IMG/VR virus record: IMGVR_UViG_3300027779_000019
Coordinates: 1-64,000 of that record
Strand: one strand, 5' to 3'
Source: a virus
DNA: 64,000 bases
Shown: positions 1 to 10,312 of the stretch, one piece after another
How the letters are laid out: each line of letters opens with the position of its first letter
Numbering within the stretch: the stretch's first letter is position 1
The notes under the pieces: model-generated
Databases searched by the model: none
Told to the model about the DNA's origin: nothing
The model's input: the letters and a program-made list of their open reading frames with translations, nothing else
Program-made: the position numbers and the translations under genes

Positions 1-339
1 TTAAAATTCCTTCGGGATAATACTCAGAGCTTTCCCGACTTGACTGACGAACTGAAGAGATACGGTGAGGCAGACGCTTCCGACGAAGGGCTTGTAAAAT
101 GGAAAGAAGAAATAGATAAAATTATTTGGAGCCTTGAGCATTACGATGACGACATTAGACCTATCCCACCAGAGAACTACAACCCCAAAAGCCGCCGAAC
201 AGAATTCAGCGATGGGTCCACTCAATACGCCCCCATAGATGATAGGCCGCATGATTTTACCCCCTGCGAAGAGCATAAAAAGAGAGTTCAATGCGGGTTA
301 GATTTGTTTGCTAAGTATTTTTACGATTTATGGAGCTAA
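1..339 (+). CDS. Conserved phage hypothetical protein, 5'-truncated by the window edge
   Basis: Frame is open from base 1 (LKFLRDNTQSFP...) to TAA at 339; ends GLDLFAKYFYDLWS. Confidence 0.6.
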   Translation, partial: LKFLRDNTQSFPDLTDELKRYGEADASDEGLVKWKEEIDKIIWSLEHYDDDIRPIPPENYNPKSRRTEFSDGSTQYAPIDDRPHDFTPCEEHKKRVQCGLDLFAKYFYDLWS

Positions 340-384
340 TCCCGTCGAATTCGACGGGATAACGATCAGAGGAATAAAAACAGC

Positions 385-717
385 ATGACAGAAAAAAAAT
401 TAGACGAGATAATCAAACTATTAGCTTCTCAAAAAGAAAAAATCAGCAAGCTCTACCACCTAGGAATAGACGCTTATGAAATTACCGACGAGCTTCATAA
501 GGTTATAGATATTCTTTTAGAGTCTCAATTTAAAGATAAGCACGAAATTCTTTCGTGGTACATTCATGAAGAGCCAGACCCGCCTCTTATCTATAGTTAT
601 GATCTCTCAGAAGAGGAAAAGCTACTCACTAATAAAAAAAATCCGGCAGACTCAAAAAGCAAAATCTTATACGACTTCAGAAAAAAAGGAGATCTATGGA
701 GGTACTTAAATGACTAA
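385..717 (+). CDS. Hypothetical protein
   Basis: 110-aa ORF, ATG start, overlaps next gene. Confidence 0.6.
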   Translation: MTEKKLDEIIKLLASQKEKISKLYHLGIDAYEITDELHKVIDILLESQFKDKHEILSWYIHEEPDPPLIYSYDLSEEEKLLTNKKNPADSKSKILYDFRKKGDLWRYLND

Positions 718-964
718 AGAAAGAAAAAAACAAATCGTAGCATCAACTTGCACCATTCGCGAGGAGAAGGCCGAAGAAGGAGACGGCTTAGACAAATACA
801 TGAAGAAAGCTTTCAAAAAAGAACTTCTATCGTTAATCAACACCTACTGTATGGAAGCCGATTCGGATACCCCAGACTATATACTAGCCGAGTACATGAT
901 ACAATGCTTAAAGTTGTTTAATAAATCAACCCAAGCGCGAGACATGCACATGGGGATAAAGTAA
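710..964 (+). CDS. Conserved phage hypothetical protein
   Basis: LIN..CME..SDTPDYILAEY motif typical of small phage proteins. Confidence 0.6.
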   Translation: MTKERKKQIVASTCTIREEKAEEGDGLDKYMKKAFKKELLSLINTYCMEADSDTPDYILAEYMIQCLKLFNKSTQARDMHMGIK

Positions 965-1045
965 CACATTGGCATTAAGTAATAACATAAACCCTCTAGG
1001 CCCACCACTTCCCAGAAACCAATATTAAAAAAGTATCTTTCAATT

Positions 1046-1261
1046 ATGAGCGAAAAACAGCCAAATAAGATGTGTGCGCGAGAGTCAAAAGTGAACGAAA
1101 AAACGCCAAATAAACGCGACAAATGCGTTTCTTGCAACGCCGAGACCGAATACGACGAATTCGAGCATATAGATTTTAGATATTTTTACATAGAGGGCGT
1201 TGGCCAGCTCTGTCAAAATTGCCACAATAGGCTATACTCCTCACATTTGAATGATTCCTAA
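1046..1261 (+). CDS. Small zinc-finger protein
   Basis: CVSC...YIEGVGQLCQNC; N-terminus built from two copies of the NEKxPNKR repeat. Confidence 0.55.
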   Translation: MSEKQPNKMCARESKVNEKTPNKRDKCVSCNAETEYDEFEHIDFRYFYIEGVGQLCQNCHNRLYSSHLNDS

Positions 1262-2090
1262 TATTGTCCATTTTGTTTATGGTTTAGAGGAGCAGGAGTA
1301 CGATTTTTTGTTTGCTTATTATTTATCGATCCTTTCCGCGAAATTGATAAACAATCCCGATAAAATTTATTTCCACTATACCCACGAACCTACCGGCAAG
1401 TGGTGGGACGAAACCCAAAAGTTGGTAGAATCCAATAAAGTCTATCCCCCCACAACGTTAGGAGGTAAGCCGATTCGTCAACTTGCCCACAAAGCGGACA
1501 AAGTTAGACTAGAGGTATTAGAGAGTTGCGGTGGTATATATTTTGATATAGACACGATTTGCGTTTCCCCATACAAACACTTGTTGGATCATCGCTGCGT
1601 TATAGCAACCGAAGGAAAGGATTATAAAGGTGGCCCTAGGTTGTGTAATGCTATTATTTTCGCCGAACCTAATTCTGAATTTATAAGAAAATGGATAGAT
1701 TCGGCTGATATGCTTTTCGATCCGGATAATTGGCCAAGCTATGCCGTTGATGGCCCAAGTATACTGTATCAAAAAAACAAAGAATTAGTTCGCGCAGAGA
1801 AGCCTTCTTCGTTTTGCTTACCCTCTTGGGACGACATACCGAGCATCTTCATCAAGAACAAGCCTATACCAAAAGAACTAATAACCCTACATTTATGGGA
1901 AACCAAACAGAGACAAAACAGAAAAGGCATAGAAGGGTTTAAAAACCCAAATAAGAAGAAAAGCTCAATTATTTCAAAGATTACGAGCTTCGACTGGGCC
2001 ACAGCTTGGCCGGAAACTCTATACGGCAGAATAATGGAGAAAGTAAAAACCTTAAATATGAATGAAAAAACGCCAAATAAACGTATATAA
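1251..2090 (+). CDS. Glycosyltransferase, GT32/OCH1-like (DxD sugar-binding)
   Basis: IPNIVHF, ADKVRLEVL..GGIYFDIDTIC, CNAIIFA. Confidence 0.85.
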   Translation: MIPNIVHFVYGLEEQEYDFLFAYYLSILSAKLINNPDKIYFHYTHEPTGKWWDETQKLVESNKVYPPTTLGGKPIRQLAHKADKVRLEVLESCGGIYFDIDTICVSPYKHLLDHRCVIATEGKDYKGGPRLCNAIIFAEPNSEFIRKWIDSADMLFDPDNWPSYAVDGPSILYQKNKELVRAEKPSSFCLPSWDDIPSIFIKNKPIPKELITLHLWETKQRQNRKGIEGFKNPNKKKSSIISKITSFDWATAWPETLYGRIMEKVKTLNMNEKTPNKRI

Positions 2091-2092
2091 TA

Positions 2093-2266
2093 ATGAAGAT
2101 GAGAAGCGAGATCGAAAACTTTATAGAATATTTGCTCCAGCTTGACCTAGGGCATATAGAAAAAGAAAAAAGAGAAGACCTTATTTACGACGTAAATGAC
2201 GCAGTCCTATCCCTTGAAGCTTTAATTGAAGACTATGAAGAAGCTTCAAAAGCGAATGATTTTTAG
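2093..2266 (+). CDS. Small acidic hypothetical protein (57 aa, not in ORF track)
   Basis: MKMRSEIENF...SKANDF*; fills the gap between neighbours. Confidence 0.5.
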   Translation: MKMRSEIENFIEYLLQLDLGHIEKEKREDLIYDVNDAVLSLEALIEDYEEASKANDF

Positions 2267-2284
2267 CCAAATAAACGTATATAT

Positions 2285-2716
2285 ATGAACGAGAAAAAGC
2301 CAAATAAACGTGTAATTATAGTCAGACCTATGAACGAGAAAAAGCCAAATAAGCGTAAAGCCGCTTCAGAGTTATTTGTCGGTAAGGATCTTTCAAATAA
2401 GCGTTACATTTTAGAAAAGGATTTGAGACTAAAGGAAAAGGCTAAAGTATTAAACGATAGCGTTGGTTGGTGGGAGGAGAGAATGAACGAATCCTTCAAC
2501 AAACTAGACGCATGGGAGAAAAAAGAGAAAGAGGAAAACAGTTACAGTTTATCCTTTGATCCGTTTGAGACGGAAGAAGAACTAGAGGAAGAACTTCAAG
2601 AAATCATTAGGGAAATTGAGTTTTTATCAAACAGGGGGCAAATCGAAGCGAAAGCGTCCAAGGAACTAGAGAGAGAGATTAACGAGTTTTTAAAAGAGTG
2701 CAAAGGATTGATATAA
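2285..2716 (+). CDS. Hypothetical coiled-coil protein (alternative start 2330)
   Basis: 143-aa ORF; GTGTAA motif 14 nt upstream of ATG 2330. Confidence 0.6.
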   Translation: MNEKKPNKRVIIVRPMNEKKPNKRKAASELFVGKDLSNKRYILEKDLRLKEKAKVLNDSVGWWEERMNESFNKLDAWEKKEKEENSYSLSFDPFETEEELEEELQEIIREIEFLSNRGQIEAKASKELEREINEFLKECKGLI

Positions 2717-2732
2717 TTTAATTAAAATATTT

Positions 2733-3521
2733 ATGGCTGAAACCATCTCCTTAAAGCACAAAACCCAAGAAGTAGGAATAAAACTCGGAAAAGAAAGGAT
2801 AAACCCTAAAGTCCTTAAAAACGTATCCGAACTAAAAAGTAGCTTTTTAAAAAACGCCTTTATAGAGGTAGAGGACTTTCTTTTGGAGGATTTTGCTGAA
2901 TTTTGCCATGACTTTTATTTCAAAAAAATGCCTCAAGATTGGTGGCGAGCAGCATCGCTGCCTAACGTAGACCCAAGCAAGAACGAAGTAACATATCAAA
3001 GCGAAAACGAAGATAAGAGTGAGGTTTATCAACATTGCTTGAAGCATTTTGACAAAGGCGATTTTTGTTACTTTTTCCACCGCACTACAGATGACCATAA
3101 AAACTTATGCGGTTGCGGCGAGTGCGATATAAGAGAATTCTTTAAATCAAGCGAGATGTTCAGCTTCCTGTCGGATTTGTCGGGGAGGAAAATATCATCC
3201 GATTCTGGGCATTTTTCGAGTTGGTATAAGAAAGGGGATTTCCTATCCGCGCATCACGATGATGGAAACGGTCAAATTGGGGTAGTATTAGATTTTGCAA
3301 AAAATTGGAGTCCAGTTTTCGGCGGGAACCTGTTCATACTGGAGGATGATTGGGTTACTTGCAAGAAAGTTATAACTCCAAAGTTTAATAACTTAAAGGT
3401 ATTTGACGTTCCTAAAGAAAAAAAAGGAGTTCCCCACTTCGTGTCTACTGTCCTAGCTGATAGCGATTTAGACCAGCATCGCGAAAGAAAAAGAATAGCT
3501 TTCGGTGGATGGTTTAATTAA
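2733..3521 (+). CDS. 2OG-Fe(II) oxygenase (prolyl-hydroxylase-like)
   Basis: YKKGDFLSAHHDD (HxD), GGNL, distal HFVS and R. Confidence 0.85.
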   Translation: MAETISLKHKTQEVGIKLGKERINPKVLKNVSELKSSFLKNAFIEVEDFLLEDFAEFCHDFYFKKMPQDWWRAASLPNVDPSKNEVTYQSENEDKSEVYQHCLKHFDKGDFCYFFHRTTDDHKNLCGCGECDIREFFKSSEMFSFLSDLSGRKISSDSGHFSSWYKKGDFLSAHHDDGNGQIGVVLDFAKNWSPVFGGNLFILEDDWVTCKKVITPKFNNLKVFDVPKEKKGVPHFVSTVLADSDLDQHRERKRIAFGGWFN

Positions 3522-3536
3522 AAAAAGAAAAAGGTC

Positions 3537-3565
3537 TTGACAAACGGGCAAACCTGTGGTAAGGT
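3537..3565 (+). promoter_or_regulatory. Sigma70-type extended -10 promoter
   Basis: TTGACA-17-TAAGGT with TG; ATG 11 nt downstream. Confidence 0.65.
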
Positions 3566-3576
3566 ATGCTCGTCTT

Positions 3577-6021
3577 ATGATTACCAAAAAGTCAGACCTA
3601 ACATTAGAGCAATCGCAAGAGTTCACTTCTTATAGCTTTGGCATTAAGGAGTCAGGGTTGCCCCACATCTTTAACGTCTTACGGAACCAACTTTATTCAG
3701 ATAAAGTTCTGGCAGTAATTCGGGAGTATTCTTGCAATGCGGTAGACGCTCATGTTGAAATCGGTAATGGCGACGAACCAATTGAAATTACCCTCCCTAA
3801 CCCCCTTTCCCTAGAGTTCAAGGTTAGGGATTGCGGTAGAGGATTGAGCGAGAATGAAATTGGTGAAGTTTACGCCATGTATGGTGAGTCTACCAAGCGA
3901 GGCACAAACGAGCAGATTGGTCAATTAGGATTGGGTTGCAAGTCAGCATTTGCTTACGGTGATAATTTTATAATCAACTCCTATTTCAACGGAAACAAAA
4001 CTTCCTATAATGCCTTCATTGATCCTTCTCAAATTGGAAGAATTTCTAAACTTTCCCAAGAGAAGTCTAAAGAAAAAAGCGGAATAGAGATAGTCATTCC
4101 CGTCAAGAAAGACGATTGCGAAGAGTTTTTCCAAAAAGCAGTAGACCTATTTGCTTACTTCAAAGTGAAGCCAAACGTAAAAGGCGTTGACCTTGAAGAT
4201 TACAACGCTAAAGTAGGCAAAGGAGGAATCCTAGTAGAAGGCGAAGGATGGAAAGTATTCAGACAAGGCGAGGCAGTTGCGGTCATGGGCAATATTGCCT
4301 ACCCGATTGACCAATACACATTACAAGTAACCAAAAATGGATATGGGGCGAAGGACGATAACGAAAGCGCGAGATCATCTTTAATTGATACATCAATTCA
4401 ACTCAACTTTGATATAGGGGATTTAGAAATATCCGCTTCACGGGAAGCGTTGCAATATACAGAATCCACTAAAAAGAATATTTTAAAGAAACTGGACGAA
4501 ATTATAAAACAAATTCCAACCGCCGTTGGCAAAAGATTCGACGAGTGCAAAACTCTTTGGGAAGCCAAATCCTTCTATGGTGAGACTTTCAAGTACGGGG
4601 GAGTAGGTTATAGTTTAAGTGATATTGTCTCAAAGGCAGGGGTTGTTTGGAACGGTATAAAATTAGATGATACCGATTTCTCTTTCCAAGGATTTAAGGA
4701 AGGCGAAGAAGTCGATGTTTTCCATTATAACAAACCCCGATACGGAAGAAGCAAAAGGATTAGAGGGGAAAAGTTAAAGAACATTATAGCGAATACGGAA
4801 GATACGATGGTTATTCAAGACGATAGGCCATCTCACATAGGCAGACTCAATAGGATCGCGCCTTTGATGGAAGAATACGAAGGCAGGGACGAAAATTTAA
4901 AAATATACAAAAATGTATATCTCATAAAGTTTACCAGCACCACTATAAAGAAAAAGGTTTTAGATAAAAACAAATTAGATTGCAAATTAGTTTCATTGGA
5001 TAGTTTGCCGTTTGTCAAGTTGAGGGACATTTACCCGTCCAACTCTACTGGCAAAAGCAATCCCGCAATGAAAAGCACGAAGCACACAACCAAAGAGTTT
5101 TTCCTAGACCAAGATTCCGAAAGCGGTAGATGGGAAAATTGCAGAAGCAATTTCTTTACAGAGGATGCGGTAGACATAGAGAACGACAAAGGCGTTTACC
5201 TCAAAATCAGCAAATTTTTCGTCGGAGGGAAAAGCGGAAACGACGAAACCCATCCTCATGTTTATATCGAGCATATTAAAAGTTTAAAGAAGATTGGAAT
5301 TAAGGTTCCCAAAATATTCTGTTTCAAGAACGGAAAAGATGAAGCGAAGTGGAACGAGGTTGACGGTAGCGACAACTGGACTCATTTTATAGATTGGGCA
5401 ACCGACAAGATAAAAGAAGCTCTTAAAGACGGTAAATTAGGCCAGCAATATGTCGATAGGAGAGTTGCGCTTCACCATTTAGATACAAACGAAGGAACGG
5501 ATATATTAAATATCGCAGGGACTCATTCCTCAAAATTAGGAGGCGAAAATATCGAACTAAAAATAGAGGAAAAGTTGGTATCAGAAGATTCCTACTTCGG
5601 TCAATACTATAAAGCCCATTTTCAAATGCTCAACGACAGGGACAAGGATAAAATAGATAGCCTAGAGCGTGTTATAAGCTCAATGAGGTTAGACCATGAT
5701 ATGCTTCCCTCAAAAGATGATTGCAGAAAGAAAATCAAATCCGCACTATGCGACAACAAACCTTCATTTAATTTAAAGGAGTTGCTGGAAAAAACATTAT
5801 CAAGATACCCTTTGTTGAGATACCTTGATGATTACAACTTTGGCTATAGATGGAAAAAGAAATTTGCGGAAGGCGTTATAAACTACCTCAATATAATTGA
5901 TTGCACTTTTCATACCGAAAACATATTTGAAGAAGTGGACAGGGCAAAAAAAAAGGCCCAAAACATAGTAGATAAAACTTACGAGACTCTTACTAAAAAC
6001 AAAGAATTAGTAAAAATATAG
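3577..6021 (+). CDS. rIIA: rIIA-like protein (N-terminal GHKL ATPase)
   Basis: LYSDKVLAVIREYSCNAVDAH, VRDCGRGL, STKR..NEQIGQLGLGCKSAFAY; followed by an rIIB-like gene. Confidence 0.85.
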   Translation: MITKKSDLTLEQSQEFTSYSFGIKESGLPHIFNVLRNQLYSDKVLAVIREYSCNAVDAHVEIGNGDEPIEITLPNPLSLEFKVRDCGRGLSENEIGEVYAMYGESTKRGTNEQIGQLGLGCKSAFAYGDNFIINSYFNGNKTSYNAFIDPSQIGRISKLSQEKSKEKSGIEIVIPVKKDDCEEFFQKAVDLFAYFKVKPNVKGVDLEDYNAKVGKGGILVEGEGWKVFRQGEAVAVMGNIAYPIDQYTLQVTKNGYGAKDDNESARSSLIDTSIQLNFDIGDLEISASREALQYTESTKKNILKKLDEIIKQIPTAVGKRFDECKTLWEAKSFYGETFKYGGVGYSLSDIVSKAGVVWNGIKLDDTDFSFQGFKEGEEVDVFHYNKPRYGRSKRIRGEKLKNIIANTEDTMVIQDDRPSHIGRLNRIAPLMEEYEGRDENLKIYKNVYLIKFTSTTIKKKVLDKNKLDCKLVSLDSLPFVKLRDIYPSNSTGKSNPAMKSTKHTTKEFFLDQDSESGRWENCRSNFFTEDAVDIENDKGVYLKISKFFVGGKSGNDETHPHVYIEHIKSLKKIGIKVPKIFCFKNGKDEAKWNEVDGSDNWTHFIDWATDKIKEALKDGKLGQQYVDRRVALHHLDTNEGTDILNIAGTHSSKLGGENIELKIEEKLVSEDSYFGQYYKAHFQMLNDRDKDKIDSLERVISSMRLDHDMLPSKDDCRKKIKSALCDNKPSFNLKELLEKTLSRYPLLRYLDDYNFGYRWKKKFAEGVINYLNIIDCTFHTENIFEEVDRAKKKAQNIVDKTYETLTKNKELVKI

Positions 6022-6058
6022 AACACCAAAACCAACTAATATAAATACATTAAATTAA

Positions 6059-6883
6059 ATGTCCATACCATATATACTAACAGATAAATCACTAACGGTT
6101 GTTACCAACGGCAAGTCCATGACAATGGAGTCAACCAACCCCTCATTTGAAAACGCAAAGAAAGCGTTGGCAGACGAGCAATACGAACTCCTAGAGGAAA
6201 TGTTCGACACTCCAAAAGCAGTAGTCAATTTTTCAGAAGGAAATATTGAAGTCAAAGATGGGGTAGTCCTATACAAAGGCGAAAATGTTCACAACCATGT
6301 TGTAGATAGAATCCTTGATTTTATGTCCAATAGCTTACCTTACAAACCACTCGTCAACTTCTTGGACAAGTTAATGGAGAATCCTTCTCGGAGGGCAGTC
6401 AACGAACTATACTCCTTCTTGGAGCATAAAGCGATGCCTCTGACCCCTGACGGCAACTTCCTAGCCTACAAGGGAGTGAGGGAGGATTATACAGATTGGC
6501 ATTCTGGCAAATTCGGAAACAAAGTCGGAGACACAAACGAGATGCCTCGAAGAAACGTCTGCGACGATGCTTACATTGGATGCTCTGAAGGTTTTCATGC
6601 TGGTTCCTTGGATTACGCCAAGGGGTATGGAAACGGAGGACACTTGATGGTTGTCGAAATCAATCCCGCTGATGTTGTCAGCGTTCCAAACGATTGTGAC
6701 TGCCAGAAACTTCGCACTAGCAAATATAAAGTTGCTGCCCACTTTGAAAGGAAGCTGGAAGAACCACTTTACGGTGAGGATGAATCAGCGGGGGATGAAT
6801 CAGCGGAGGCAGACGCTTATAATGCTGGTTACGAAGCGGCGAAAAGACAATTTGAGAGACGCAATAGCGATTCTCAAGCCTAG
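6059..6883 (+). CDS. rIIB: rIIB-like protein
   Basis: LMENPS.RAVNELY.FL, DGNFLAYKGV, CSEGFHAGS, INPADVVSVP.D..KLR. Confidence 0.85.
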   Translation: MSIPYILTDKSLTVVTNGKSMTMESTNPSFENAKKALADEQYELLEEMFDTPKAVVNFSEGNIEVKDGVVLYKGENVHNHVVDRILDFMSNSLPYKPLVNFLDKLMENPSRRAVNELYSFLEHKAMPLTPDGNFLAYKGVREDYTDWHSGKFGNKVGDTNEMPRRNVCDDAYIGCSEGFHAGSLDYAKGYGNGGHLMVVEINPADVVSVPNDCDCQKLRTSKYKVAAHFERKLEEPLYGEDESAGDESAEADAYNAGYEAAKRQFERRNSDSQA

Positions 6884-6984
6884 CGATTGGTAGTCATAGG
6901 TTACTTGTTGAGGCGTTTAGCACTAGGCAGTTCTAATGTAAGTCCTTAACAAGTATCTTATAAATTAAACAATACAAACATCCA

Positions 6985-7398
6985 ATGCTGATTAATAAAA
7001 CTACTTTTAAACCGTTCCTTATAATGAAACAATATCAGATTCCAAGCGTAGGATTGCATTTAATAAATTCCGCAACCAAATTACATTCCGTATTTAGAGA
7101 ATACGGTAAGTCAGTTGGCCCGATGGATGCCGAACAATTTGAAATAGCACTTGAAGAAGTGAGGGATGAATTGCTCAACATAATGAATAGCGAAGCGGAG
7201 ATACAATGCGACTTGCGGGAAGAAGTTGAGTCCCTCAAAGAAACCGTTGCGGGATTTGACGCAAAAATAGGGAGATACAAAGACAGGCTAAAAGGCATGA
7301 AGAATAAAAAGACTGCCCAACTACTCAAGGAGTTGACCAACTCCAAAGAAGAACCTCCAGAGGCTTTTGAAGATGCCCCAATGGAAGAAGGAGATTGA
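6985..7398 (+). CDS. Hypothetical coiled-coil protein
   Basis: ORF in operon orientation; true start may be ATG 7024. Confidence 0.55.
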   Translation: MLINKTTFKPFLIMKQYQIPSVGLHLINSATKLHSVFREYGKSVGPMDAEQFEIALEEVRDELLNIMNSEAEIQCDLREEVESLKETVAGFDAKIGRYKDRLKGMKNKKTAQLLKELTNSKEEPPEAFEDAPMEEGD

Positions 7399-7444
7399 TT
7401 TATTATAATCACGCAACCTCAACCATATATTTTAAAGAAATTAA

Positions 7445-8098
7445 ATGCAAACTATAGGAGACAGGCTAGACACTTTTTTTGACTCAATAGAAGATGAGGA
7501 GGCTCAAACCTACTCCAACTATTGGGAAACAGTAAAACCGAAAAATGAAACAGAGATTTTCCAAAGATACCTTTTTGCTTTCATGTCGGTTCACACAACT
7601 TGGAAAATGAACTGTTTGGGCTATAATGGTGTAAAAGACTTTAAGGAATGGGGAGGAAATCGTGAAGTATTACGGGGAAAAATCTACAAGGCTAGAGTTG
7701 GTATGCACAACAATCGGGCTAACTATATCAATCTTTTTCACGATAATTTTTGGGACTCTCCGAGGAATTATGTGGCTAGGCAAAAAGGGGAGAGATGGAC
7801 TAATTGGCGCGATAGGCTTGCTAAAGGTATTCTAGGGTTGGGCAAAGCTAAATCCTCCTTCGCCATAGAGATGCTTTTTCCGAACGATGCAGAAGTCGCT
7901 TGTATGGATGTTCATTTGTTTCGCTTGTACGGTTTGGAACAAAAGCAAGCCCACAAATACTATCATATTATAGAACATGATTGGGTAGAGAGAAGCAGAA
8001 AAAGAGGCATAGCACCTTACATGGCGAGGTGCATATATTGGGACAGGAAACAAAACCGTAAAAACTCACGCTATTGGAGCAAAGTATTAGAAGCATGA
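7445..8098 (+). CDS. Helix-hairpin-helix DNA glycosylase (Ogg/8-oxoG-like)
   Basis: ILGLGKAKSSF HhH motif followed by ACMDVHLFR (catalytic Asp). Confidence 0.7.
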   Translation: MQTIGDRLDTFFDSIEDEEAQTYSNYWETVKPKNETEIFQRYLFAFMSVHTTWKMNCLGYNGVKDFKEWGGNREVLRGKIYKARVGMHNNRANYINLFHDNFWDSPRNYVARQKGERWTNWRDRLAKGILGLGKAKSSFAIEMLFPNDAEVACMDVHLFRLYGLEQKQAHKYYHIIEHDWVERSRKRGIAPYMARCIYWDRKQNRKNSRYWSKVLEA

Positions 8099-8919
8099 GT
8101 TATACTTATTACACATTATCAAGGACTATCTATATCTGGTCAACAAAACCAGAAGCATGGAAGCACAATGGAACACGCTGGAACGGTTATCGTCAAGCCG
8201 ACCTGACAAACGAATGGAATTTAGGCGACTATTACGCTGGCCAGACAGGGCAATTTCACCTTGACAGTAGATTAGCTACCCCAAAAAAAGGTTATAGAAA
8301 AAGTGAGATTGAATTAGTGTGGAGCAAGAAATTCAGAATGGAGTACGATGGTGAAGATGAGATAGAGCTTCAAGATAGTCGGAGAAGAAAATTCGATGAG
8401 AGAATGGATTTAGCAGAGTATCTTGCTATAAGTGTTTTACGAAATTTTGAACATCTAGGTGACGCTTGCGGGGGGATGGGAGAGTATGGTAAAATCCAAT
8501 TAAATCATTTCCGATGCGTAAATTTTCACGACAACAGCGCGGGATATTCCAAGTACAAAAAAATACTGAAAGGGAACAAAGACATAGAAGAAGAAATTTA
8601 TTGGGACACCTTTGTTAAGGATTTACTGGGAGAAATTACAGAAAAAGTATATGAAAATCACGGTAGCAATCTACTTCCGAGAATAGAAAAAAAGATACTG
8701 CAAGAAGCAAGCCGCTCGTTAGGTTCTCGCGTAGAAAATATAAACAGGATTCAAAAACAACTGATGACTGAACTATTTAACTTGAAAGGGATATTTGACG
8801 AAAAGCGCGAAAGCCTAGAAAAAGAAGGAGTCGAAAAACTGAAAATCGACAGCTTGGTGCAAGACCAATTTAAAAAGTTAGATTTCAGTAATTCAATCGA
8901 ATACTTAATAGCAACATGA
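8095..8919 (+). CDS. Hypothetical protein
   Basis: ATGA overlap with upstream gene; long ORF. Confidence 0.65.
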   Translation: MSYTYYTLSRTIYIWSTKPEAWKHNGTRWNGYRQADLTNEWNLGDYYAGQTGQFHLDSRLATPKKGYRKSEIELVWSKKFRMEYDGEDEIELQDSRRRKFDERMDLAEYLAISVLRNFEHLGDACGGMGEYGKIQLNHFRCVNFHDNSAGYSKYKKILKGNKDIEEEIYWDTFVKDLLGEITEKVYENHGSNLLPRIEKKILQEASRSLGSRVENINRIQKQLMTELFNLKGIFDEKRESLEKEGVEKLKIDSLVQDQFKKLDFSNSIEYLIAT

Positions 8920-9653
8920 AAACAAAAATAGCATTCAAAAAAACAAACGCGAAATGGATTGATTTACCAAGCCAACCTCTTTCCGAGGGGGAAGCGGCAA
9001 CGACAAACAGGATTAGGACTTATTCTATAAAGATTAAATTGGATGCACCTTATCCTTCTCCTAAAACCGCGACAGTAAGAAACGTAGATGGGGAATTTGT
9101 ATGGGATAGGTTGGTTACTTGCAAAGGACGATCAGAAGCAGTTTCTATTGCAGGAAATTGGTTTCAAGACTTACGATACAAAGGTCAAAAAGGAGGCGTT
9201 GGCAGAGTCCTCGCAGGAAAAGAGACTCACGAATGCGTAACTGTCGATGACAACTGGAAGGAATGTTTGTATGGTTCTAATTTCAACCCTAATTCTAGCT
9301 GCAATCGCCTTTTAGATAAAGCAACTATAGAAAGAATTATTGAGGACTCTAAAGGGAACTTGAAAATTGCCGACAGTCCTTTTGAAAAAGGGAAAGCATA
9401 TCCATCCCTAGAATGGGCAACGGACAAAAAGATAAATTCACTCCCCATAAAAGTAGGTTTTTCGACTTACTCCGAACCCAAAACTGGAGGAATGAAAGAG
9501 TCATTGGATAAAGCGGTAGAGAAAGCGAAGGGAAGAAAAGTGTCTTGGCCAAGGGAAATGGAGTTGAAAGACGCTAGGGCTATTGTCCAAAGAATGAGAG
9601 TAAAGAATCAGATCAAATCTCGCAAACATAGATACGAACACAAAGCGGCATGA
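8916..9653 (+). CDS. Hypothetical protein
   Basis: 245 aa, ATGA overlaps at both ends. Confidence 0.65.
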   Translation: MKTKIAFKKTNAKWIDLPSQPLSEGEAATTNRIRTYSIKIKLDAPYPSPKTATVRNVDGEFVWDRLVTCKGRSEAVSIAGNWFQDLRYKGQKGGVGRVLAGKETHECVTVDDNWKECLYGSNFNPNSSCNRLLDKATIERIIEDSKGNLKIADSPFEKGKAYPSLEWATDKKINSLPIKVGFSTYSEPKTGGMKESLDKAVEKAKGRKVSWPREMELKDARAIVQRMRVKNQIKSRKHRYEHKAA

Positions 9654-9940
9654 AAATCCTTGGGCCTGACAAATTCTCGAAAGAAGATATTGATGAAATG
9701 CGCGAAACCCTGCATGGGTCTGAATTTGAAGGATTAAGTCAACTAGGGCGGAAAGATAAGGATTTGATTAGGATACTTTGGGAAGGTTTCGTTGGTTGGA
9801 AAAACATTCCCGATGCGGAAGTGGTTGAAACGTACCAAAACATCTACGGTGAGACAGATAATGTTGAATTAGTTATTTGTGATAAAAATATCAACAAAGG
9901 ACAAGGCGAAATTATAGCAAAATTTAAAGACATAAAGTAA
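9650..9940 (+). CDS. Hypothetical protein
   Basis: Coupled ORF. Confidence 0.6.
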   Translation: MKILGPDKFSKEDIDEMRETLHGSEFEGLSQLGRKDKDLIRILWEGFVGWKNIPDAEVVETYQNIYGETDNVELVICDKNINKGQGEIIAKFKDIK

Positions 9941-10156
9941 ATGGCACATTTAATAACAGTAACAGACCTAAACGACCATGAACTATTGTTCAATTTAGAT
10001 ACGGTCGTTTCTATGGAAAGAGGAAATGGCGGCAATACGATAGTCACAACTCGTTGGAGCAGAACCGACATTAAAGAAACATTAGAAGAAGTAAAAGACC
10101 TAGCCCAAAAAAGTAGCTTGGAGTACCAAAGAATTAAAAATCACGCAAAGGACTAA
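9941..10156 (+). CDS. Small FlbD/SwrD-like fold protein
   Basis: LITVT..LLFNLDTVVSME...TIVT...IKETLEEV pattern. Confidence 0.5.
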   Translation: MAHLITVTDLNDHELLFNLDTVVSMERGNGGNTIVTTRWSRTDIKETLEEVKDLAQKSSLEYQRIKNHAKD

Positions 10157-10312
10157 ATATTAAAGGAATGGCATGGTATTTAATTTTATTAAAATATTTA
10201 GATGAATGAAAAAGAAATGGAAAGGAATTACTGCTTTGTTATGTTTGTCAGTTCTTGCTCTCCTATGGTACGAGGCTTTAACAACTTTGAATGAAATTAT
10301 ATTATTAGCACG

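Larger units (their letters stand above)
1046..2405 (+). repeat. Dispersed 27-bp repeat RTGARYGARAAAMMGCCAAATAAR(CG)
   Basis: Copies at 1046, 1091, 2058, 2285, 2330; partial copies at 2266 and ~2394. Confidence 0.8.
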
